Made by a program: the position numbers and the translations under genes. This document shows positions 1 through 8,814 of a stretch of 22,187 bases of DNA, one piece after another. The notes beneath the pieces were generated by a model. The model had not been told where the DNA came from. It worked only from the letters and a program-made list of their open reading frames with translations, and did no database searches. The stretch's first letter is position 1. Every line of letters starts with the position of its first letter. Origin of the DNA: Methanocaldococcus indicus. Lineage in GTDB: Archaea; AGJL01; Methanococci; Methanococcales; Methanocaldococcaceae. The stretch covers positions 1-22,187 of the forward strand of contig NZ_CP186927.1 in assembly GCF_049554935.1 (NCBI RefSeq), read 5' to 3'.

Positions 1-95
1 TTAAACAAACAACATTAGATAGAAATATTGACAATAAGTTTAGAATAATTGCAATAATAAAATATTTTAAAGAAAAAGAAAATGAATATGATTAA
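1..95 (+). CDS. C-terminal tail of the PLD-helicase, continuing 19154..22187 across the circular junction
   Basis: Base 22187 (A) plus bases 1-2 (TT) give ATT, then KQTTLDRNIDNKFRIIAIIKYFKEKENEYD-stop. The other two + frames stop within 18 nt. Confidence 0.85.
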   Translation, partial: KQTTLDRNIDNKFRIIAIIKYFKEKENEYD

Positions 96-96
96 A

Positions 97-111
97 TTTT
101 TATTTTTTATT
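97..111 (+). terminator. Oligo-T archaeal terminator candidate
   Basis: TTTTTATTTTTTATT-type tract immediately after the stop at 93-95. Confidence 0.5.
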
Positions 112-179
112 CAGTTTTAAGATTCCTGGCATAAAAAATAGAATTATCTAAACTCTTATCAGGAGGTTGTGGGATTCTT

Positions 180-620
180 ATGACATATTGGCTCTGTATA
201 ACTAATGAGGACAACTGGAAGGTTATAAGAGAAAAGAAAGTGTGGGGTGTTGCAGAAAGACATAAAAATACAATAAATAAAGTTAATGTTGGTGACAAGT
301 TAGTTATTTATGAGATTCAAAGAAGTGGAAAAGATTATAAACCCCCATATATTAGGGGTGTTTATGAGGTTGTTTCAGAAGTTTATAAGGATAACTCTAA
401 AATCTTTAAACCTACTCCTAAAAATCCTAATGAGAAATTCCCTTATAGAGTTAAATTAAAAGAGATTCAGATTTTTGAACCACCAATTAACTTTAAGGAT
501 TTAATTCCAAAGTTAAAGTTTATCACAAACAAGAAAAAATGGAGTGGGCATTTGATGGGCAAAGCTATGAGAGTAATTCCTGAAGAAGATTATAAAATAA
601 TTATTGAACAAATGTCATAA
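180..620 (+). CDS. EVE-domain (PUA-like, UPF0310-type) protein
   Basis: YWL..T..NW....WG, GD....Y and terminal P...Y..I pattern typical of EVE proteins; AGGAGG upstream. Confidence 0.9.
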   Translation: MTYWLCITNEDNWKVIREKKVWGVAERHKNTINKVNVGDKLVIYEIQRSGKDYKPPYIRGVYEVVSEVYKDNSKIFKPTPKNPNEKFPYRVKLKEIQIFEPPINFKDLIPKLKFITNKKKWSGHLMGKAMRVIPEEDYKIIIEQMS

Positions 621-833
621 AACCTCATTGATAAAGAGAAAACCAACACTCCCAAATATATAAATGATTGCTAATATAAATGCATAAATTTTTGTTGTTT
701 TTTCTTTTTGTTGGGTTGGAAATAGTTGCAACCTTTTATTTGTTTTAACCTCTTCTAATTGTTGTGAGTTTATTAACTTAATACTAAGAATATTAGAATT
801 ATAAAATATATGTGGGCTATTCTTAGGCGTATA
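615..833 (-). pseudogene. Possible relic of a gene for a C-terminally membrane-anchored protein
   Basis: 72 open codons without a credible start, ending [25 protein letters not shown]-stop. Upstream sequence gives stop-interrupted protein-like fragments. Confidence 0.3.
619..656. repeat. Dispersed 38-bp repeat, copy 1 (copy 2 at 15336-15373)
   Basis: AAAACCTCatTGATAAaGAGAAaaCCAACACTCCCAAA versus AAAACCTCtcTGATAAgGAGAAtgCCAACACTCCCAAA: 33/38 identical, no gaps. Confidence 0.75.
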
Positions 834-960
834 TTAGACCAGGTTTTTCAATCTAAAAGAAAAACACTCCTTTTGGTAAATATTCAACAAATACTAAGAA
901 TTAGGAAGAAAAAACTCAAAATTATAGTTATTTTGTTTATAGAGAGTGTAAAAACAAATA

Positions 961-1520
961 TTTTCCAAAACTGCTTCGAGAAGGTATATATATTGGGCAC
1001 CAATCTCAACAATCTATACTCAACTTGGCAAAATCTAAGCAAATCATCCGTATCACTATCCTATATATATTGGGGGGTATTTTTTAATTTTAAGGCTTAT
1101 ATAGCTTTAATTTATAAAACTAAATATTAAGATTACCTAAATTATTGAGATTTTCAAAAACTGCTTCGAGAAGGTATATATATTGGGCACTAATCTCAAT
1201 AATGTGTGCTTGTTTTGCCATAATATTAACAAATCATCTGAATCACTATCCTATATATATTGGGGCATATTTTTTAATTTTGAGGCTTATATGTTCTTAA
1301 TTTATAAAACCAAATATTAAGGTTGCTCAAATTATTGAGATTTTTCAAAACTGCTTCGAGAAGGTATATATATTGGGTGGTTATCTCAACAATTCATACT
1401 CAACTTGGCAAAATCTAAACAAATTATCTAAATCATTATCCTATATATATTGGGGTATATTTTTTGATTTTGAGGCATATATGGCTTTAATTTGTAAAGC
1501 TGGATATTTATATTATCCAA
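961..1520. repeat. Three tandem 190-bp direct repeats
   Basis: CTGCTTCGAG at 971, 1161 and 1351 (period exactly 190). Invariant blocks AAAACTGCTTCGAGAAGGTATATATATTGGG and TATCCTATATATATTGGGG occur in each unit. Confidence 0.95.
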
Positions 1521-1862
1521 TATTTAATTATATGTAATTTTTCAAATTCGGACATAATAGTAAATTTAGAATTTATAACTTCAATTTATTGGAAGTTGAT
1601 ATTCCTAAATCAGTATAATACTTTAAAATTTTACAAACTAATTATTCGTAAATCTTTGGAAATATAATATCTCCAAGTCTTGTTAATTTCTCATAAAATC
1701 CTCTTTTTTAATTTCATTAGTTAATGTGCTTTTTATAATATCACTAACTAATTTTGACCGTGATTCAATTACTTTCTGAAAGTTTGCTGTTATCACTATA
1801 CATCAACTCTCAACAATAGTAAATACCATAATATTCTTTTAGTGTCTTATTGTTGTATTAAC

Positions 1863-2062
1863 TTTATCCGCTTTTATCTGTTGGATAAAGGTTTTATCCG
1901 CTTTTATCTGTTGGATAAAGGTTTTATCCGCTTTTATCTGTTGGATAAAGGTTTTATCCGCTTTTATCTGTTGGATAAAGGTTTTATCCGCTTTTATCTG
2001 TTGGATAAAGGTTTTATCCGCTTTTATCTGTTGGATAAAGGTTTTATCCGCTTTTATCTGTT
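1863..2062. repeat. 30-bp tandem array (about 6.7 copies), iteron-like; candidate replication origin
   Basis: Unit GTTTTATCCGCTTTTATCTGTTGGATAAAG repeated head-to-tail without spacers, decaying through 2100; just upstream of the HTH and MCM genes. Confidence 0.9.
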
Positions 2063-2100
2063 TAACAAGGATTTTATGACTGAATTTTGATTAGATAAAG

Positions 2101-2134
2101 CCAAAACAACCCCGGATAAAATTGGGGTTTTTGG
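2101..2134. promoter_or_regulatory. Imperfect inverted repeat with the GGATAAA motif in its loop
   Basis: CCAAAAcAACCCC-GGATAAAATT-GGGGTTTTTGG. Confidence 0.55.
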
Positions 2135-2246
2135 ATACCCATAATTTTAATGTTTCTGATAATGTTTGAGATAGGTAGTGTCAAATAGAAAAATATTTAT
2201 ATAATAAACTTGTAAAAGTGTAAAAAACAAAAAGGTGGTGGTGTAA

Positions 2247-2426
2247 ATGAAAAAATATTCTGCAAAACAAGTAGCTGATATTTTAGGAGTTTCACCAACG
2301 ACTATACTAAGATTAATAAAAAATGGTGAAATAAAGGCGGAAATTTCTAAAAAATTCAAAAAAAGTTATTATTATATCTATGAGGATGAAGTTGAAAGAT
2401 TAAAAAAGGAATTATGTGTCAAATAA
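2247..2426 (+). CDS. 59-aa excisionase/MerR-like (HTH_17-type) DNA-binding protein, not in the ORF track
   Basis: MKKYSAKQVADILGVSPTTILRLIKNGEIKAEISKKFKKSYYYIYEDEVERLKKELCVK; GGTGGTG RBS upstream; classic S..EVA..LGVS..T..R.I..G.I.A pattern. Confidence 0.88.
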   Translation: MKKYSAKQVADILGVSPTTILRLIKNGEIKAEISKKFKKSYYYIYEDEVERLKKELCVK

Positions 2427-2535
2427 TCAGATAATAATAATATTCAAAAAATGAATTATGGGGGGTCTTAATTCTACTAAAAAAGTAAAAGGAAGTGAAA
2501 TCTTCGGAGGTATAGATATGTAGGTGGTATTAGAT

Positions 2536-4860
2536 ATGTATGAGGATATTGTATATAAATACTTTGAGAATGAACGAAGAAAAAGTCCAAGATACAAAGA
2601 AAGAAAATATAATAAAGAAACTGAATATAAAAAACTAATAAAATTTTTATTGGATAATGAGAAAGTAGATGAAGCAGAATTGATGCTAAAAGCAAAAGAG
2701 ATAGGTTTGGGAAAACTTTATTTAAATGCGTTCCTTGCAATTATGAGGAAACATTTAGGATTTATTGATTTAGAAGAATTGGATGGTTATAAAATTATAA
2801 AAATATCTAAAGAATTGAAGGAATTATTAGAGAAAGAAAAGGAGATAGAAAGAAAAATCAAGATTTTGGATTTGGAGAATTTACAAATGAAATATGAAAT
2901 AGAATTGGGGAGATATATAAACAAATATTTATTGGAAAATACATCATATGGTAGAAAAATAAAGATTTCAATGAAAGAGCTATATAATTTAGGATTTATG
3001 GAACTTGTAGATTATACATTAGAAAGTATGGAAAATTATTATCAGGTTAAAGACTGGATAGAAGAATTAGTTAAGAAACAAATAGAGATAATTTTTGGAG
3101 AGTTGGATGATGAAATAGATGTTATCCTTTATGATTTTCCAAAGGAGTATAAAATAGACATTAATGAAATATCTTCAAAATATGTAAATAAGGTAGTTGA
3201 GTTTGAGGGAAATATTGTTTATGCATCACCAGTAGTAGGAGTATCAAAGATAGTATATTATATATGTCCAAAATGTGGAAAAGGGAAAGAGAAGTATTTT
3301 AGAGAATTTTTTAATGGAACAGAGAGAGTTATTTGTGAATGTGGAGAAGTGATAAGGCAAGATAGAGTAGTAGAGTATGTAGATTTTCAAGAGCTAATAA
3401 TACAAGGATTTCCAAATGAAAGAGGATATGCAAGAGAGCAAAGAGTTCTTTATGAAGATACACAAGGAGTTTTTAATGGATATGTTAAAGTTACAGGAAT
3501 TGTGAGGGATATACCAAAAAATAAGAAGAATAAGAACATATGTGAGTATGTAGTTCAAGCAATAAATATTGAAGAATTAGAGGGATATATTCCAAAATTG
3601 ACAGAAGAAGATATAAGGAATATAGAGAAGATAGCTAAAAGGAAAGATGTTATAGATTTATTAGCGGAGAGGTTGATTCCAGAACTTAAAGGGTATCATA
3701 TAATAAAAAAAGCGGTATTTTTACAACAAGTTAAAGCAGTTGAAAAAGGAGATAAGAGAGGCAATATTAATATATTATTAATTACAGACCCAGGAATTGG
3801 TAAAACAGTAATTTTAAGAAAAATTGCAAAAATACCAGGTAATAGTTATATAAATTTACCCACATCAACAATAAACTCAATAATAGGGATTGCGGAGAAG
3901 AAGACAAGTATATTGGGGGAGAGTTTTACATTAAAAGTAGGAATTCTACCAAGAACATTAGGGACAGCATGTATAGATGAATTTTATGTTCAGAATAATT
4001 CAGAGAATAAGAAACTCTTGGAAGCTATGGAGAGTCCCTCAGTACATATAGATAAGGGAGGGATTAATGCTGAGTTACCAATAAGATGTGCATATTTATG
4101 TGCCTGCAATCCTAAGTATGGGAGATTTGACCCGGAGAAGAGTGTTGCAGAGCAGATAAATATACCAAGTCCATTATTAAGCAGGTTTGATTTAATATTT
4201 CCATTAATGGATAGTCCAAATCAAGAAATGGATGAAGAAATAGCAGATTATGTAGCTGATATACATAGAGCTTATTTAGATGAAGAAATAAATAAGAAAA
4301 TAAGACTTGATTATGTTGAAGTTGATGGGGTAAGAATAGATTTTGAATTTATAGTTAAGTATATACACTATGCAAGAAAGAAGAAGCCAATACTATCAGA
4401 TAGTGCAAAACAAGTTTTAAAAAAATATTATGTAGCGATGAGGAAATTAGGGGAGAGTAATGGAGTAGTTCCTATTGGAGTGAGACAATATGAAGGATTG
4501 ATTAGGTTATCAGAAGCTATAGCAAAAGCAAAATTAAAAGAAAGTGTTGATGAGGAAGATGCAAAGGAGGCAATAGAGATTATGGATTATTGTTTAAGGC
4601 AGATAGCATATGACCCAGAGACAGGGACATTAGATATAGATAAAATAGCAGGGACACCAAAATCAGAAAGGAAAAAGTTAGATAAAATTTTAGAGGCTAT
4701 AAAAGAATTGTCTAATAATAATCCTGAAATTTTAATTGATTATGAAAATATTAAGGAATGGACGGGATTTAGTGATAATGAATTAGAGAGACTACTGAAG
4801 AAGTTGATAATTTTGGGAGATATTGATAAACCAAAACCAGGAAAATATAGGTTATTATGA
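2536..4860 (+). CDS. mcm: Plasmid-type MCM replicative helicase with N-terminal extension
   Basis: Zn finger CPKC...CEC, Walker A DPGIGKT, Walker B CIDEF, ACNP, arginine finger SRFD, wH-like C-terminus. ATG 2536 preferred over GTG 2524 because AGGTGGT precedes it. Confidence 0.95.
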   Translation: MYEDIVYKYFENERRKSPRYKERKYNKETEYKKLIKFLLDNEKVDEAELMLKAKEIGLGKLYLNAFLAIMRKHLGFIDLEELDGYKIIKISKELKELLEKEKEIERKIKILDLENLQMKYEIELGRYINKYLLENTSYGRKIKISMKELYNLGFMELVDYTLESMENYYQVKDWIEELVKKQIEIIFGELDDEIDVILYDFPKEYKIDINEISSKYVNKVVEFEGNIVYASPVVGVSKIVYYICPKCGKGKEKYFREFFNGTERVICECGEVIRQDRVVEYVDFQELIIQGFPNERGYAREQRVLYEDTQGVFNGYVKVTGIVRDIPKNKKNKNICEYVVQAINIEELEGYIPKLTEEDIRNIEKIAKRKDVIDLLAERLIPELKGYHIIKKAVFLQQVKAVEKGDKRGNINILLITDPGIGKTVILRKIAKIPGNSYINLPTSTINSIIGIAEKKTSILGESFTLKVGILPRTLGTACIDEFYVQNNSENKKLLEAMESPSVHIDKGGINAELPIRCAYLCACNPKYGRFDPEKSVAEQINIPSPLLSRFDLIFPLMDSPNQEMDEEIADYVADIHRAYLDEEINKKIRLDYVEVDGVRIDFEFIVKYIHYARKKKPILSDSAKQVLKKYYVAMRKLGESNGVVPIGVRQYEGLIRLSEAIAKAKLKESVDEEDAKEAIEIMDYCLRQIAYDPETGTLDIDKIAGTPKSERKKLDKILEAIKELSNNNPEILIDYENIKEWTGFSDNELERLLKKLIILGDIDKPKPGKYRLL

Positions 4861-4921
4861 GATTATTAATGGGTAATATTTAAACGATAATTATGTTATA
4901 ATTTTTTAACATTTATAGAAT

Positions 4922-7900
4922 CTACACATGGTTATTTTCTAATTTTCCAGGTAAATATTCTATCTTATATAAGTATTTTGGGTTTGATATTACTCTTTTT
5001 GATAATTCTTTTCTATTGTCTATCCAAAGATAGTAGTAGTCCCCAACTTTTAATTTTTTATCTGATTTTATATCAATTCTCTTTGGTAGGCTTTCCCAGC
5101 AAATTTCACATTCATAATATGGGCTTCTTTTATCACTAATTACTTTAATGCAAATTGGGAATGCATAACTTAATTTTTCCATAATTTCTAGAACTTCTTT
5201 TCTAACGTCTACTTTATATATATCATCACATTTAATTTTATGTGATGCTGGATTTCTAATATTTTTATGGTTTTTTAATAATTTTAAGACATCATTAGGG
5301 ATGTCTTTACAAAGTGGTGCATTATTGTTTTTTAGATATTCTATGCAATCTACAAGAGGACCATAAGTTATTCTTGAAAAGTTACCTTTATAAATGGTAC
5401 TTAAGTGTTTTTTCCAGTTATCTCCCCAAAGAGTTTTTGCATTAAATTCGACAAACATTTTCATATATTCTTCTAATATAACATAGAACTCCCTATTTAT
5501 AGCTTTTTTGATTTTATAATCATATCTGGTTAAATAGAAATCCCAAGATTCTAATTCATTAACAAACAATGAAGGTAGTCTCATTAAGAAATTATCACTT
5601 ACCCAACTGTTAATCTGAGTATTAAAGTCTTCAATATTATCATCCATATATAATTTTTTTGATTTATCAGCATCTCCAATAATCTTCCCAATAATATCAT
5701 CAAGTAATTTTTTTGATATTTTGTCATCAGCAAGATTTCTTGATTTTAGTGTTATATATGAAGTTATTAAATATAAAATTTGACATAAGTTTTTAAAATT
5801 GTAATTGTTAGCTTCTTTTCTTAGTTCATCTAATTTAAATGCATCTTCAAGAGTATATTTGTCATTTAGTATTATTTTTAATCCTTCATAAAGATAATTA
5901 AAAAATTTATATTTTCTTGTATGGCTGCCAAATTCCTTAGAATAATTTAAAAACATTTCTAATTCATTTATAGCTTCTTTTAACTTATAATTTTTCATTG
6001 AAATATAAAACTTATATAGATGCATATCAGCAACTATTAAATTTGGGGATGGAATATAATTCGGAAATTGAGCATATTCGGATAATTCGATTGATTTCTC
6101 AGCCATTTGTAATGCAATGTCATACTCTTTATTTGACCAATGTAATTTTGCTTTTAGATAATAATAAATCATTTCAGAAGTTTTTGCAAATTCTTTTAAT
6201 CCCCCAATATTGAAGTAATTTATTGCCTTTTTTAAGTAATTCAAAGTTTCTTCTAATGAATTACAGAATCTCATGAGATTTTCAAATTTTAATCCAAGAA
6301 GATAATAGATTGTCCTCTTATCTTTTATCTTTTTTGCATAATCAATGGATATATCAATATATTCTATAAATTTTTCTTTATTCTTTCTATATAGTAAAGC
6401 AAGACATTTATAGGCGTTCATATATTCATCATATGCTATTTTCTCATCATATTGTTTTACAACATCTCCAGATTTTTTATAACAATAGTGGGCATTGTCA
6501 AAAAGTTTTAGGGTTTCATACTCTTTTGCCAATATATTCCAATACATATGTATTGAAAAGTCCATAACTCTCTTGTAATCTTCTTTTTTAAATTTTTTAA
6601 AAGCTTTTTCAGCAATTTCATATTGATTTTCGGTCCAAATTTTTGCTAAAGTATAATTTTTCTTTTTTCTATAATATATTGATTTATATTTACAATAACT
6701 CATTTCTATTTGCCAATATGCTTCATATTTGTTAACTTTATCACCATATTTTTTAAAATATAACTTAAGTTTTTCAATCTCTCCAATAATCTCTTCCAAG
6801 TTTTTTATTTTATCCATAGCTAAAAATTTACTTTTTGCTGATATTAACGCACATTCAACTTTACCTAATTTTAAAAATAACTCTTTTGCAGTTTCAAAAT
6901 TATTAACTGCTAATTCATATTGCTTATGCATCATATTTCTTATGCCTTCAAAATATTGAATCTTTGCATTAATTAGAGTAAATTTGTCTCCTTCTTTTAA
7001 AAGATTTAAAGCATTTTTATATGAAGTTATTAAGGAATCAATATCTCCCTTTTTATAATACTCTTTTGCCTTTTCTTCCCAATAAGATACTTTTTTTAAA
7101 GTTGTATTTCCAATACCAATTTTTGATAAAAAAGATTTTATAGTCGATGATATGTTTGTAATATCTTCATTTAATACACTCTCATATTCCTCTCTATGAA
7201 ACAATTTCTTAGTTTTTAAGTCTTTTACACTATTTTTATCTTTATTGTATTTATTAACATTTCTTTTAGATAAAATTTCACTTTTTTTAATTATATTGTT
7301 ATTAGATAAAATTGTTAATTTTTTAGAGTTTAGTTCTGCTGAATTTTTCATTAATGATAATAATTTCTTTTTGTATTTTATAGCTCCCTCATTAGATGGA
7401 GAAAGTTCAAGTACTTTGTTAAAACACTCTAATGCTTTATCATATTCTCTTAAATAATAATGGACTTCTCCCTTTTTATACCAAAATCCAACGTCTCTTG
7501 GGAAAAGGAGAACAGCTCTATCTAAATAATACAAAGCATCACTATATTTTCTATGTTTATACAAAATTTTTCCCAAATTATAACAAGAAACAGCCAAATC
7601 ATGAATAATTGACTTATCTAACTTAATTTTATTTAAATTATTTAATATATTCTTTGATTTGTTAAAATCTCCTAAATATGCATAAGATAATGCTAAATAA
7701 AACAATGCTTCATTATCTTTTTTAATATTAATGTATTTTGATAATGCATCTACTGCATTTTTATAATCATTCAAATAAAAATAACACATTCCAACTCTTT
7801 TCAATGCTTCTACATTATATTCATTTATTCTCTTTGAAATTTTATAATTATCTATGGCATTCTTATAATCTTTCAAATAAAAATAACAATCTCCAATATA

Positions 7901-8041
7901 ATGATAAATTTTCCAGTTGTTATTTACAATTTTTGTATATTCTTTAAGATAATGCAAGGCTTTACTATATTTTTTTTCATTATAATACATTAAACCAACT
8001 TTTTTTAAATCACCCAACTCAGTTTTTATTTGCCTTTTCAT
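4922..8041 (-). CDS. 1039-aa TPR-repeat protein with a candidate C-terminal HEPN-like domain
   Basis: Multiple canonical TPRs (e.g. WYKKGEVHYYLREYDKALECFNKVLELSP); C-terminal helical domain with LEEYMK...IRNPASH (Rx4H). Confidence 0.85.
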   Translation of the reverse strand: MKRQIKTELGDLKKVGLMYYNEKKYSKALHYLKEYTKIVNNNWKIYHYIGDCYFYLKDYKNAIDNYKISKRINEYNVEALKRVGMCYFYLNDYKNAVDALSKYINIKKDNEALFYLALSYAYLGDFNKSKNILNNLNKIKLDKSIIHDLAVSCYNLGKILYKHRKYSDALYYLDRAVLLFPRDVGFWYKKGEVHYYLREYDKALECFNKVLELSPSNEGAIKYKKKLLSLMKNSAELNSKKLTILSNNNIIKKSEILSKRNVNKYNKDKNSVKDLKTKKLFHREEYESVLNEDITNISSTIKSFLSKIGIGNTTLKKVSYWEEKAKEYYKKGDIDSLITSYKNALNLLKEGDKFTLINAKIQYFEGIRNMMHKQYELAVNNFETAKELFLKLGKVECALISAKSKFLAMDKIKNLEEIIGEIEKLKLYFKKYGDKVNKYEAYWQIEMSYCKYKSIYYRKKKNYTLAKIWTENQYEIAEKAFKKFKKEDYKRVMDFSIHMYWNILAKEYETLKLFDNAHYCYKKSGDVVKQYDEKIAYDEYMNAYKCLALLYRKNKEKFIEYIDISIDYAKKIKDKRTIYYLLGLKFENLMRFCNSLEETLNYLKKAINYFNIGGLKEFAKTSEMIYYYLKAKLHWSNKEYDIALQMAEKSIELSEYAQFPNYIPSPNLIVADMHLYKFYISMKNYKLKEAINELEMFLNYSKEFGSHTRKYKFFNYLYEGLKIILNDKYTLEDAFKLDELRKEANNYNFKNLCQILYLITSYITLKSRNLADDKISKKLLDDIIGKIIGDADKSKKLYMDDNIEDFNTQINSWVSDNFLMRLPSLFVNELESWDFYLTRYDYKIKKAINREFYVILEEYMKMFVEFNAKTLWGDNWKKHLSTIYKGNFSRITYGPLVDCIEYLKNNNAPLCKDIPNDVLKLLKNHKNIRNPASHKIKCDDIYKVDVRKEVLEIMEKLSYAFPICIKVISDKRSPYYECEICWESLPKRIDIKSDKKLKVGDYYYLWIDNRKELSKRVISNPKYLYKIEYLPGKLENNHV

Positions 8042-8370
8042 ATATAACTCCCTTTTTTATTAAAAATATAATAGTTTATTAGTTTTAACCAAACCGTAGG
8101 ATATTAAATCATCTGAATTGGTTATACTTAAAGTATTTAAATTATTAACGAATAATTCTCTAAGTGTGGCAATCAGGGTTTAATCACAGTATTTTAATTA
8201 GATATTTAATTTGATACTATTTTATTTTTTTGGTTTTAAATTTGATAATGAGAATTCATACTATCTTATAAGTAATGAGAAAATAGAGAGGTTATTATGG
8301 AGATTAACAACAATTACATTCCTTTGTGTTATACTTTTTTTATTGATGTGATTATGTATCTGGTGAAAAA

Positions 8371-8814
8371 ATGAAGATAGAGGATTATATTGAAAACTTA
8401 CAAATTACAAAAAATGAAATAGGATTTTACAAATGTCCATATTGTGATTACACGAATGCAGATATTAAGACAGTAAAAAAGCACATAAAAAGTAAGCACT
8501 TTGATATAATAAGTAAGGAGGTAGAGAAGATAAACAAGCAGAACCAACAGAGGAAATCCCAAAGGAAGGGAGGTAGAAAGCAACAAAAGACAGAGGAAGA
8601 TTACAAGGATTATATGTTGATATTTGCCCATAAGAAAAAGTGTAGAATTCATTTAGATAATGGCATGATTGTTGAGGGCTTAGTTAAAGCAAAAGACAAA
8701 TTCAACATAATGGTTTTAGATGCAAAACTTAAAGAAAAAGATGAAGTGAGTGATGTTGAAAGGATAATAATCCAGAAAGGGCATATTGTTGCTTTGATAC
8801 CTTTGGAGGAATAA
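8371..8814 (+). CDS. C2H2 zinc finger fused to an Hfq/Sm-like domain
   Basis: CPYC-x12-H-x4-H, basic linker, then CRIHLDNGMIVEGLVKAKDKFNIMV...IIIQKGHIVALIP (Sm1/Sm2-like); GGTGA RBS. Confidence 0.82.
   Translation: MKIEDYIENLQITKNEIGFYKCPYCDYTNADIKTVKKHIKSKHFDIISKEVEKINKQNQQRKSQRKGGRKQQKTEEDYKDYMLIFAHKKKCRIHLDNGMIVEGLVKAKDKFNIMVLDAKLKEKDEVSDVERIIIQKGHIVALIPLEE

Noticed and set aside
779-903. AATACTAAG motif at about 780 and 889, recurring at 11582 beside the dif-like site
   Set aside because: A short AT-rich word with no consistent spacing; insufficient evidence for an accessory site.
810-1130. 106-aa ORF
   Set aside because: It runs through the first 190-bp unit, has no RBS or motif, and the equivalent frames in the other units are not maintained as ORFs.
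1863-2062. 30-bp array as a CRISPR
   Set aside because: Units are head-to-tail with no spacers.
1842-2090. 82-aa ORF with (GFIRFYLLDK)n repeats
   Set aside because: A by-product of the 30-bp DNA repeat: no synonymous variation, no RBS, and the palindromic unit indicates a DNA-level function.
2147-2740. Minus-strand ORFs 2147..2359 and 2477..2740 (also 107..298)
   Set aside because: Antisense shadows of the HTH, MCM and EVE genes.
5998-8652. Short ORFs inside the TPR gene and antisense to the zinc finger-Hfq gene
   Set aside because: They overlap well-supported genes on the opposite strand and show no motifs.
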